From Saccostrea cucullata (Eukaryota): DNA of 64,000 nucleotides. Positions 23,873 to 37,100 of this stretch are shown piece after piece. The notes below the pieces were generated by a model. That model did no database searches, was not told the DNA's origin, and was given only the letters and a program-made list of their open reading frames with translations. Every line of letters starts with the position of its first letter. Within the stretch, counting starts at the first letter, position 1. Position numbers and translations under genes: made by a program. The stretch spans positions 62,001 to 126,000 of the forward strand of contig NW_026924573.1 in assembly GCF_032062105.1 (NCBI RefSeq), in the 5' to 3' direction.

Positions 23873-25010
23873 TCAGAATCCTTACAAACAAAGATACCTA
23901 GCGGGTTCCAGTAAATGTTCAACCAAGCCTCTTTCTTTACTCCTCACTCAGATTTTAACAGTAGTGAAGGTGTAACTTGAAGAGTACTGTGCAACAATAT
24001 ATTCAAGAAGTGGTGTAAATCAGATGTTGATACTTTAAAATTCCAAGGAACTTTTGGACATTATGAAATCACCGAAGATTTTACCAAAATCAACAGCTTG
24101 AAAACTTACGACTTTTCAAATTTATATACAACCATTCCCGACGATGAATTAAAGTCCAGGCTTTTTGATATCACTGACCGCTGCTATTTCAATAAAAATG
24201 GAACTCGAAAATTTACTTACCTTGTCATTGGTCATTTGCAAAATTATTTTGTTAAAAAGCATTCTGATTATACACACAGGTACTCTGAAGTCGACATCAA
24301 AAAGATGTTTGAGTTTCTGATTGACAATATCTATGTGGTTTTTGGAGACCAGGTCTTCCAACAATCGATTGGAATTCTTATGGACCTCTCTGGGGTTTTT
24401 GATATTGCTCATTCAATGATTGTTCTCAACACAAAATAATTTCACTAATCAAACGCTACACTTTAATTTAAAAAATGATATTCAAAATAAAAAATACTTC
24501 AATGAGGACAACATAATCACAAGGAATCCTTCTTGGTCATGACACAGCCACCGAATTCGATGCGTGCTTACATATGTATGTTAATTTGTTCATTAAGATA
24601 CTAGGTACTGAAACTCTAAAGGGAAGTTTCAATTTATTGTTGCTATCATTGCCCGTCTATACGTCCGTCTGTCTAGCTATCATCTTCTTAAAACTCCTCT
24701 TACGATTTGAAAGCAATAAAAATTAAATGCGACAAGAGACTGTGCTGATGATCGTAGAAACACATCCGAATCAATGCAGCCTTGTAACTTCGCCTTCTTG
24801 TACTGCGCCTCTAGAATTAAAACTATGATAAGAACAATACCAACATCACCGCTCCCTGTACACCCCCACCATTTTTAACACCATCCAAAATACATGCGTT
24901 TAATCAACTTAAATAAGCCCTATTCTGCGACTGTAATTGTAAAAATTCAATATACTCGATACACAGTACTGCAAGATAAGGCCTACATTAGGTTTAAGGT
25001 CAACGCAGAT

Positions 25011-25085
25011 CCAATCCTACGACGCGATGCGCCATCTGACGGGGCCGACTATAAAAGTTCCATATCCAAGGACACCTCAACTTTT
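25011..25085 (+). promoter_or_regulatory. TATA-box core promoter of gene B
   Basis: TATAAAA at 25050-25056 in a locally GC/CpG-rich patch, CCAAT at 25011-25015, putative initiator TCAACTT at ~25078, signal-peptide ATG at 25106. Confidence 0.65.
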
Positions 25086-25105
25086 CGTTTCGACTTGCCT
25101 TAAGG

Positions 25106-25163
25106 ATGTACCGGTCCCTCGGTGTTCTTCTGGCATTTTTCGTAGTGCTGCATGCAGCCAAAG
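25106..25163 (+). CDS. Gene B exon 1, signal peptide
   Basis: MYRSLGVLLAFFVVLHAAK (basic n-region, hydrophobic h-region); AG|GTAAAT phase-1 donor; 50 nt downstream of the TATA box. Confidence 0.8.
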
Positions 25164-28100
25164 GTAAATGTTTACAGGCCATTCCCTTTTTTGCCTTAGG
25201 TGACCTTTTAATTAAAACAGATTTTATTAAATAATAAATACTTATTTCTATCAATTTGAATTTGAATTGAAATTTTATTTCAATTTTTTAATTCATCAGA
25301 CATAATTATTTCAATTTTTTTTTATTTTCTTTATCTGTATTTTTTATTAACCTGCATATAACCATGAACTTCTTACATATTTGCTAATACATCTTGAATA
25401 CATCTCAAATATATCGATGTACATCCATTAATTCTCATAACTTTTCATTCTTAAACCATTATATTAACCATACCAGCTTTAAATAAGATTAATTTTAACT
25501 ATAAATATGTATTTATTTTAAGTATGGTATTATCTCAGATTTCATTAGCATTCTTTTGATTTGGTCTGTGGTCTAATCCGTGTTTGTATTATATAACGTC
25601 TGGACATATCTCAGACTACATAAACTTATCTTTGACCTTATTCTGATGGCCACATCATGATTATTTTGTCAACCATAAGTCAGCTATACTTTTATAATTT
25701 TTTTAAACTTGTTTCATAACCATCAAAGTTTTTGACTATGAATATGAAAAACAGTTCTTTTCTTCATCTTAAAGTATGTTTCTCTCGATCACCCGTTTGG
25801 CTTCTAATTTAGTACATTGCATTTAGTATACTGGACATGCACATTAAAATAAATGAAATTATTCTGAAGTATTTACTATTTGAATATGTTCTATGCAAAA
25901 ATGTTGAGAATATAGGTAAAAATTACAAATATAAAACAAATGCCATTGTTTAGAGGTAAAGTTGTTATGAAAAAGCAGGCTTTGTTTTGTATGCAAGGTT
26001 GTTATGTAAATCACTTTTTAAAAGCAGGCTTTGAAAATTAAATTTGTATAAAAGCGATTATGCAGAGGTATAACCACAATTCGTGAAAATTATGTCTCGC
26101 TTACAAAGAGTCAATGACAATCTCGCGAAAATAAGGTGTCGTGAATATTTAGTGATCTACAGTACCAAAAGGACTATCCATTCATTCAGGACGACAAGCC
26201 AATTTCATCATTATATTTGGAATTGAACGGTGTCACGTGAGGTCTTAAATTAATGAATATTTATGAAATCTTTGTTTACCAACATTCAAATCTCAAGGTT
26301 TAAATTTCTTTCTTTTTACGAATCTAAACCATATTTTCCTACTTTTAACATATAACAAAAATAGCAAAAGTACAGATTATATCATGTTGGTCTTCCTAAA
26401 AGAATAAACCTTTGAATTCATACATCTTAGTCATTTATGTATTCATATTCTTCTAGACAGCAAATCCATATGTATTTGATTTATAATTATACAACATTAT
26501 CAAAGCACATGCTGAACTCACACAGTGACTTTGATAATGAGGCGACCAATGACACCCATGCATAATAGATAAAAAAAATCATGTGGCGACTGTGAAACCA
26601 GGATTGGCCTAGTTCATTAAGTTTACAGGCTAAGATCTAGTCTCAAATTGTTTCTTTTTTAATTTTGTTTACTTTTGTGAACCCCCAATCCCCATCCCAC
26701 CCCACCCACCCCACAAACACTCGTATTGATAATTTTTTTCTTATTTTTTTCAGTACGGAAGCAACTAGCTTCCCAACGTAAGTAATCTTAATTTTCATAA
26801 TAAGGGATAAATTGTTCAGTACCTTTCTGAATATAAAATTACATTCATGTCTTTAAAATGTTGATGAAAATATACAGCTTTGTGCTTTTGAAACAAATGA
26901 TGGCAACAAAATATAAGCTTTGCAAGACAAGAGGGTTAGGAAATCGTTAAAGCAATGGCAATTGCAAATCATTGTGCAACTTTGACGCTTTTTCATTAAA
27001 GTTTTATAACCAAGCTTTGGTGCCTCATTGCAAAATAGTTATATAGAGTTCCCTGTAAAGGACATTAAAATGGCGTTAAACTATCTACAATGGACGCTAT
27101 GTAATGCTTCTTGCACTTATGCTTACTGCACATAAAATTTGCTTCTGAACATCGAACCAATCGGGTTTTTTACCATGTGACATCACTTCAAGTTTTAATT
27201 TAAACGTTAAGACTTGCTGTTCTGCGAAATTAAGCTTACATAGCTTACAAATGCTTTAACTCCCTTAAATTTTTTTTACCGTATCAATGCTTCACTTAAA
27301 TTCTGCAAGGAAAATCCTTCTTACCCAACAAAATGTAATGGACTGCTTAAAGCGTCAAAACATAGGGGGGAAATTGTGCTTCTTTTTCAACGGCTCTATG
27401 GCTTCAAGTGCTTTGCTGGGCAAGGACCATGTTATGGGTATCACTGGAGAGACTAAAAACTGAATCATCGCATATTGCAGAATGTATCCCGGAGGACGTC
27501 ACTTTTCTGGTTGATTCGTCATCATATGTAGGAGCTGATTACTTCAGAACACAATTAGACTTTATCAAATCAACCATAAATAACTATTACATAGCTCCTC
27601 AGTGCACACGTGTAAGCTTAGTCACCTTCAGTGATGGCGCCTACAACTCCTTCTACCTCAACCAGTACTCGAACAAGGCAGCGTTATTCAACGCAATTGA
27701 CAATATCCAGTACAGACCGGGTTCGGCTAGACAAACAACCGAAGGTCTTAAGTACATGATGGCAAATAGTTTCTCTACTTTACATGGTGGGCGAAACAAC
27801 GTGCCGCATATTGGAGTACTTGTTTCCAACGGATTACCGGACAACACACAAGCATTTCAGCAAACTGCCAACCAGGCAAAACAGGATGGAATTAAATTGT
27901 ACACAGTAGGAATTGGCTCTGGTGGACACTTACAACAATTCGCAACAGCAGCAAGCTCCCCCTACGGTCGTTATTCTTTAGTGGCAGATAGCTACTCGTC
28001 TATTAATGATCTTTCATACCCACTTGCGTACCGAACAATGAGTGGTATGTGATTGCCACATAAAATATTTATTGAGTTACCAATATTCTCTGCAGTTTTA

Positions 28101-31100
28101 TTAACACCATTAAATTTTATAAAACACATATTCTCAAAATTTCAGAGGCCCCAGCTGTGTCGTCTCAGAAACAAACATGTCTACAACGAGCTGATCTAGT
28201 TTTCCTCGTCGATGGTAGTGGAAGTATTGGACCAAACAATTTCGACAAACTAAAATCCTTCCTAAAAGGTATCACAAGTCAACTTGATATTGGTGCCGAC
28301 AAAGTCCATGTTGGTGTCGAGCAGTTCAGCAACTATCCGTCAATTGAGTTTCCACTCAATATGCACACAACAAGCGCTGGACTCAGTACTGCAATCGACA
28401 ACATCAACTACATGAGCGGTGGTACCAACACTGGAAGCGCCATCGATTACATGTCTCAGCAGATGTTCTCCACGACAAGCGGAGCGCGTTCAAACGTTCC
28501 TAGAATCGCTGTTGTCATTACTGATGGTAAATCCTCCAGCTCCGCGGCTACTGCAACAGCTGCCGATCAAGCCCGACTCAATCACATTTCCATGATTGCC
28601 GTTGGTGTCGGCAATGGTGTTGACATCAGCGAACTTCATAGCATCGCCGACGATCCCGACAGTGCCAACACATTTACAGTTAACAGCTACGATCAACTCA
28701 ACTCCATTGCTACCCAAATCATCCAGAAGGCTTGTCAAGGTTATATTTTTAACATTTAACAAACTAAATTACTAAACAATTGTGTTCGTCTTCTAGGCTG
28801 CATCGAATATTCGGAAAATCTGCATATTAAACCTGTGTCTTCTTTCAATTGCAGTGAGAACAACAGCTCCCCCAGCCACCAACACAAACTCTGGTTAGTT
28901 TCATCTCTCTGTTTCTTCACATCTATTTATAAACAAGGTTACTGCATTGTATTTTCCTATCCCTGTTGTTACATGTATAATTTGTATCCTATAGGAGCCA
29001 CTCTTCCACCCGATCCTTGCCAAGACTCTCGCGCTGACTGTAAACGTTACGGACAGAAAGTTTGCATAGACTACGCTCCTTGGGCTCATGACAACTGCCA
29101 GAGATATTGTGGATTCTGTACAGGTACGTTTCTATTGCAATTGCTTCTCAAAAATATCCCTGATAGGGAGGCAACATATATATTCCTTATTTTTTTCACA
29201 TTTAATTTCTGAAATATTTGTATTTCTATGCAGTTGAATTTTTTTACGATGCTCCAGAAACATTTCCTCTGCATATAAGATTTGTAACTTTTCACTTCTA
29301 TTACAACAAAAATGACAAAATGGACCCGTGTCTTTGTTTACAGCTCTTTACACAACTGCCCCACCCCCCTGTGTTGACAACCTCTCCAACTGTCCTAACT
29401 ATGGAGATTCCGTTTGTAACAACCCTCTGTACCAAGGATGGGCAAAGGATAACTGCCGAAAATTCTGTGGCTTCTGTGGCCCTAGCGTCAGTGCTGTAGG
29501 GTTTTGTGAGTGTATACTTCATACTATATTCGAATCAAGTTCTAATTCAAAACGACTTCGCTTTTGCATGTTTCTTTAAATATAATTCATACGTAACACT
29601 TGACAGATGGACAATGTAACTACAAGGGAAAATCTTACAATCCTGGCGAGAAGTGGACAGATGGATGCGACTATGAATGTATCTGTGAAGATGGCGCCAG
29701 TGGCCGATACAAGTGTTACAACAGGTACTTTAATTAGCCTCTGCTATAGGGTACATATACAATTTTACAAAGGAGTTTTGTTATTATCTATGGTTAATAG
29801 CCTTTGCAGATCGACATACAAAGCGGATTTCAACACCATCCTCCTGATCGCGTAACTTGAAGTTCTTTCAATGACGGGGATAATTTCGGTTTTATATTGC
29901 TATATTCCACACAACATAAACGTTTTTCTATGCAACATTCAGAACAAAAACAAACAAACACACAAACAATGTGTCGAAACTTCTAAAAGCAGCAAATAAA
30001 CTTTTTAACTTCGGAAACCTTGCTTACAGGTGCCCCCTGTACTACAACATGCCCGCGGAGTGTACCCTCGTCCGTGACCCCCAGGAATGTTGCCAGAAAC
30101 CCGTCTGTAACTTCAACCAGAACTTACAGACCTTTGAGCAGACTAACCCTGCCCAGACAGCAACTGGAGTCGGTATGTCTCTTACAGATTTTCACTGCAA
30201 ACCGCATGTTTACCAATTTTATAATTTATATCTTTTCAATGGTTGGCCAAATGTGGAAGTAATTCCTGCAGAAAGCAGACAACTCTAGCTTATCTCAGGA
30301 GTTTGTTTCAGGAGGTAAAATCTGTTGATATTTTTGTTTTGTTTTTCAAGGTGTGTGCGTGTACAAAGGAAAACAGTATTTCGAAAGTCAGTCATGGACT
30401 GACGGATGTGACTACCAGTGTACTTGCACCAATGGAAATACAGGACTCTACAAATGTCAATCTCGGTTCGTAAAGGCATTCTTTGCAGATTCGACATAAA
30501 ATAAACTAAATAGCAAAATTGCCCGAAACTGAAAAATATGTATGATTTTCTCAGAATATATACTTCAGATGAAATTTATGCGAAGTTATCAGGTGATATC
30601 ATTTAGCACATGTTTCCCTTAATTACCTGATGAAATTATGTGTAATTACCTAGTTCCAGGAGTTTCATGCAATCCACGCCTTTTAAAATTCAGTTGTAAC
30701 AAGAAAGACAAAATCTTCCATAAGAAACTAAATCCCAAATAATTTTTGTCTCTATAGTTGTCCCCGATATCAGTCCCTTCCACCATATTGCCATATGGTA
30801 AAGAAAGCCGGAGAGTGCTGTGCTCAACCAGTGTGTGAATTCAACACTCAGACTGGATCATTCACAGGAACTGGTTCCATCAGCGGTGTCGGAGTTGGTG
30901 TGTAGCCACGTGATTTTTTTTTTAATTTTGGCGGGAATTTAACATGATTATATCAACATTTTATCAAAAAGTTGTCGTGCAGCAATTTTTGGCATGTTTC
31001 AAGGACTATTCTTTAAGGAAAATGCTAAAACAGATAAAAATCACGGGTCGAGTTTCTCAATTACAGGTAATATTACGTCACTAGAAAACCCGGAAAAAGC

Positions 31101-34100
31101 GGAGTCGCACTAACCAATTTTAAAATTATGTCGTAGACGCGGGAAATTTGTCAAGAATGTAAACATTTGCACGTTAGGACTTTTTGATGAAGCAGAACTT
31201 GAGAAGCGATATTGTTTGAAGTTTTGAGTGAAATCATAGCAAGAAAATTTGTGTTGATATATATGTTGATCATTTTATCAATGAATTAATATCGTTTCAT
31301 TAAGATTTAGTCGGAGAGGTTTTGTTATTTCACTTTTCAGAGACATGATAAAAATGGTTTTTATCGCCTCTGGTTGTTCAGTTCTAGTTTTAGTTTTTTG
31401 TATAAATGTGATTATACCTCTTTTTTAAATGCAGGTAAAACACCAACTACACCTCCACCATGTGTGAATCAGCTCTCTAACTGTGAAAGATACGGCAAGG
31501 ATGTGTGTAGTGGATTCGGTTCTTGGGCCTCTGTCAACTGCAGAAAATACTGCAACTTGTGTGGTAAGGTTGATACCTGATTCAATGTTAACGATGAAAT
31601 CTTGTATCAGAAATATAGGTTGATAGGCTACCCGTTTGAAAAGAAAAATCAATATCAGAAGTATCTATAGGCAGGGTTTTAAACTAACTTGTAATCTTTG
31701 ATCGCCATGTGGGCTACTAAACCTTGCAATTCTGGGGCCCACATCAAAATTTATTCGCCCACAAATTATCACACCTTCTCTTGAATAAATATACAACCCC
31801 ATTTTTCGTTATTTTTTTTTTTATCATATGACTCGATCGTGTTTCTTTTCTATCCGTAGAAACATTGTGCGTGACTTATCTTAATTTCAAATTGTCCTCT
31901 TTTGTTTAAAAAGATTGAAATGGTTATTAAACATCATATATTCAAGTACATGGCAGATTACTTCACAGACACAACCAAGATACGTTTTGGTTTGTCGGGC
32001 TCATTGACGCGTCAATGTCACATTCGTCGTCACAATCACTCAGACGCTTTGTGTTTAAGTACTTCTCACTGGTAAATATAAAGCACTTTGCTGATTACGA
32101 AAATTTCAAGAGAAAAAAAAGGAACCGGACAAAATTAAAAAACAAATATTTATCAACGTAAATTTTCTAATCGCCAGCTACTTGAACATAATTTAATTAT
32201 TGGTCAAAGAGTGGGCGACTGTTAATTTCAAACCCTGATAGGCTAGTACGTGTACCCCTATGTTGTGTCGAAAAGCTTGAAACGGGTTTCCATTAGATTG
32301 AATGATTTCATATGTAGGCCCTATTTGTAAATTAAAATAAGCTGTCCTTATGAGCCCTTTTGCAATATTGAATAACTGCGGTACTAAGTCTTTTGCAAGG
32401 CAAATTGTAATAAACAATAATGATAAGCGTTTGGAAGTTTGGAAAAATTTAATTGTCCTGTTAATTGCTCTCCCTACAAGTTGCTATTTTTCCATTAAAT
32501 TGTCAGTAGCATTTAATATATAAATGAATAATTGTTCATTTAAATAAAATCATTTTATTCTGCTTTTTCAGATGTCAAACCAACTCCTGCCCCTGCAGGT
32601 GAGATTTGGTGAATTTTCAAGTGTCCTTGATAATTCATACTGGTATTATAATGTGTACTTTGAAAAAAAATGTACATGGATTAGATAAATTTAATTTTGT
32701 GCACTGTGAAATAATTGAAAATTCTGTAAGTTGTTCATTTTGACCTGAACAAATGTATCATGAGATGTGAATTGATTTAATCTGTTATCATTGATATTCA
32801 GATCGCTGCATGTACCAAGGTCAGGCCTACAGTCAAGGTCAAGGGTGGAAGGTCAGCTGTGACACTGAGTGTATCTGTGAAAATGCTATTTATGGATATT
32901 ACAGATGTACTAACACGTACGTAAAAGTTCACTAAATGTAGCTGTGTAATCATGGCTTATATTGTAGGGAATAACTTTACATTTGTAAGGTTTTTTTAAA
33001 ATATGTGATTGCTTACAACTTTATAAATGATTTGACACCTTTTTGAGTTTTTATTTTTTATACAAAGAATAAAATTTTGAACATGTCAAATGTGGGAAAC
33101 TATCATGAATATCAAGATTTTGCTTTTTACCTTTATGTTGCAATAATATATTTTTATAGATGCCCTAAATACAACAACTTGCCAAAGGGTTGCTATGAAG
33201 TGAAGAAAGCTGGAAAATGTTGCCCAACTGTTGAATGTGAAAATGGAGTTTTACTGACTTCCACCAACAACCTGGGAACCATTGGCAGTGGTGGCCTGAT
33301 CAATGTGCTCCACCCACCGGTCCCACAAGCTGTCCCTACCCTCCCCAGTGGTGGCCAGCCCCTCCCAGGAACAGGAGGAACTGGATTCATGGCCCCATCC
33401 CTCAGTATGTATATTGTCAAAACTGCTAAACAATAATCATGATAACTCTTACAGGTTTAGATGAAAATAATTTTAATCATAGCTGAATTATTTGGTTTAT
33501 GAGTAATAAAAAAAAATAATAAAAACTCTTCTTAATGCTACCAATAACAAAATATATACTTTAATCTTTTCATGAATTTTATGAATTACATTGTGGTTCA
33601 ACACAAAGAAGAAATAAGAAAGTATAAATGTTTGACAATCTGAAAACTGAAACCCTGGGATTTTTAATGGAAGATCCTGCATGTTGATTAATGTTTTTTA
33701 GTGATTGAGCTAATTAATTCACATTTGTTTTTAGAGGGATGTTTGTACAAAGGTGTAAAGTACATTCAAGACCAACTGTGGCATGATGAATGTAAATACA
33801 CCTGTGAATGCCAGGATGCAAGTAAAGGACTCTACAAATGCAATGAAAGGTAGCTGATTACATTATCTATTGATTTCTATGTGTACATTCTGTACTTGAA
33901 AGTGGTATCAGATTTTTAATATTTTGAAACTTAATGATTCCGAGTCTATTATTCTGTTGAAACATTTTACAATATTGAACCTTGACATATGTCTTTTTAA
34001 ATTGGTTCACTCAAATGGAAAAGAAAAAATGCCATGTGAATCTTTATAGAAAGCATAGGGACAGTTTTTCCAATTATAAATGCATATCAAGTGAGCTAAT

Positions 34101-37100
34101 GATTGGTTAATTATTCACCAGATGTCCAACCTACATTAACCTGCCTTCTGAGTGCACCTTTGTCACTGACCCCAATGATGCCTGCTGTAAGAAACCCAGC
34201 TGTCCAGATCCCAGTACTCCCATTGTTCCCACCTTTGGTCAGAGTAACATTGGATACGGAGTGGTCCAGCCCCCCAGTGTGATTGACCTGTACCAGAACT
34301 ACAGCCCCATCCCCTACACCGTCATCTATAACACCGGTCCCACCACGCCTGCCCCATCAGCCTCCAATACTGGAGTAGGTGGGTGGATCATAAAATTATC
34401 CTAGATGCTTTTAGAAACATGCAAAAGACTGATACATGCAATCATGGTCATAGAGAAGCTAATGTCTGTATTGCAAAGAACTGGATTTTTACAACAATCC
34501 TGTTTTAGCAAAAAAATTGTTTACTCATAGTTTGCAAGGAAACAAATAAAAACTTATTTATATCAGACCTGTTTACTCTTACGATTTCGCCGTATATAGT
34601 CTAAAATACGTCTCACGTTTTGCTATTATGAAAATACGGAAATCGGAAAAACGTTCCTTTGGAATTTAGCAGTTATTTTTGTTAATTTTCGCTATGATTC
34701 GTTTTAGTTTCTTGCTTTTAAATACCTAAAAAGAGAAAGATTTCAATCACATTTTTGATGTCGGCTTGCCAAAGCGCTGTGGTATTCTAAAATAACAAAG
34801 ACCATGTTGTTTAACCATGTTTTTTGTAATAGGGAAGCAGCTGTTCTCTATTAATACATGTAAAATTAATGGAAAGTGAAATCTTACTGACAAATGCTAA
34901 ATCTCACGGACAAATCTAATCAAAAATACTGAGAGACAACGAAATGGGTAAACAGATCTGTTATATAAATCTTCACTTGGTCAATATTTATGCCTAAGGT
35001 TTTATATTTTTTTGTCAGGATATTGTCTGAGAAATGGACAGAGACATCTTCAAGGAGAGCAGTGGAATGAAGGCTGCGATTACATCTGTACCTGTGAGGA
35101 TGCCACCACAGGAAAATGGAAGTGCACTCAAAGGCAGGAATATTTTCAAGATCTTTACTGAAATTTATAGGATATACTTGCAAAATCATTCTCTGAACAA
35201 AATTATTTTAGTAATTGTGTTAAAATGTGGCCTAGCTTAACTTATGAATAATATACAACCATAGTTTGGTAAAAATTCAGTAATTTAATTCTTGAACATT
35301 TATGTCAACAATTCAGCTGCATATTCTTCAAAATTAAAGTTGTTTTTCATGGAGCTTTGAAATTCTTATAGATTTTAATTCAATATTTATATAAAATACA
35401 ATGAACTGGTATGGATACTTAATTTTATTATTAGAATCTTGTACAGTGTTAATATATTCCCTTCAGGTGTCGTATCTACTCCAACCTGCCCAAGCAGTGT
35501 TACTTGATCCAGGACCCCGACGATGCCTGCTGCCAGAAGCCCGTGTGTGACTTTAACCCTGTCACTGGTGTCCACAGCGGCTCCTACTCCCCCATAGTCA
35601 CGGTCACCCAACGCCCCACCACCACCCCACGACCAACAACACCCAAACCACGCAAGTGTTTCTTATTGAATTATGTTCAGTGTTTACACACCCTGCTGTC
35701 GTTTATCATTGAATTTGGTTAAGTTTAGATAGTGTTAAATTCAATTTGTGTATGAAAATCTGGCATATTTTGTTGAAATCAAGAAAAGAAAAATTATAGT
35801 CTACGAAAATTTTGTTGTCATCAGTGATTCCTATGTAAAGACTGAACAAATATGCAAAAATATAATAAATTTTGTTACTTTGATATGCATAATAGATTTA
35901 AAATAGGGAACACATTGTGTGTTTGTCATTGTAACTTGATAATAATTATTTTTCATTTTGTATCATAACAGATGTTTGTATTTACAACGGGAAGCAGTAC
36001 AGCCAAGGACAAACGTGGTACGATGGTTGTAACTACAAGTGTACCTGTGATGATGCCTATGGTGGAATCTACAGATGTGTCAACAGGTATGTCAATTATT
36101 ATGTCACCGAGAAGTTATTTAATTCTAACTGAAAAAGTACAAAGTAACTTCATGGGAGAATTTACTGATAACAATTTGCATTGAAGTAACTTAATGTACC
36201 CATAGACTTTTGAGTGATAAATGTTGGTCAGAATATTAGTTTAGAAAAAAAAGGATTTTTGAAGTTAATGTGACTGATTTTTGTTAGAAATCCAAAAGTT
36301 GCCATTATTGAAATGCACTTCTGTACTTGCATTCCAGATGTCCAGTTTATCAGAATGTTCCTGATGTGTGTACAATGGTTCCTGACCAGAATGACCCCAC
36401 CTGCTGTCAGATGCCCCAGTGTAACTTCTCACCGGTCACCAACACCGTACCCGGTCAGGGACAGGTGGTCTCCACCCTGGCTCCAGGAACCTACCAGGGA
36501 ACCGGAACAGGCGTCAACATCGGTAAATTTGATATGGATATTTTATATGTTGTAAAAATTAACATTTCTTAAAGTTCTTATGAATCAGATTCTGTTATGT
36601 AATAATGATGATTTTCATAATTTTGTGTAAATCAGAGTATGCAGTGATATAATTACGAGACTAAGAAAACTGAGAGTAAATAATATGAATAATATGAGAT
36701 TTCTCTAATGTTCTGTTGAGGGTATAAGCACTGTTTCTGATTTCCCCCCAGGATTCTGTGCATACAAAGGAAAGCAATACCAACAGGGACAGACCTGGGA
36801 CGATGGCTGTGATTACCGCTGTGAATGTAAAGACCAGAACACAGGAAGATATGTCTGCTCTGATATGTTAGTACCTTAACTTGTATCCAAAGGCTATGTG
36901 CATCTAAAGCTAACATGTCATATATATGTACTTAAATGTGTTTATTTAAACCACATAGGATTTATATGTTATATTGTAAATGTTACTAACTTAAGACAAT
37001 TAAGCATCATCTTTTTGGGATAAATTTAAGTATTATCAAAAATGTTACGACATAACAACAATGCTGCCAGCGCATTACCCTCAAAGTTAACATGCTTTGA

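Larger units (their letters stand above)
22330..24385 (+). mobile_element. Penelope-like retroelement fragment with RT remnant (possibly Naiad-type; clade is inference)
   Basis: ELDRLHDQY..VLVSADKAGSNNVFLCK (DKG-like region, ~22850-22930) and ORF 24098-24439 KTYDFSNLYTTIP...EFLIDNIYVVFGDQVFQQSIGILM (PLE RT motifs DFSxLYTxIP and QxxGIPMG). Interrupted at 23083-23868. Confidence 0.8.

Noticed and set aside
22983-23975. ORFs with long IYIYIY runs
   Set aside because: Translations of (TA)n microsatellites.
27408-27480. ORF-track start for the VWA1 ORF
   Set aside because: Begins at a non-ATG codon in intron sequence; the exon starts after TTGCAG at 27481 and a signal-peptide exon exists at 25106.
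27481-28739. Collagen VI / matrilin / integrin assignment from the VWA pair
   Set aside because: No Gly-X-Y triple helix, EGF repeats, coiled coil or TM segment anywhere in the reconstructed protein.
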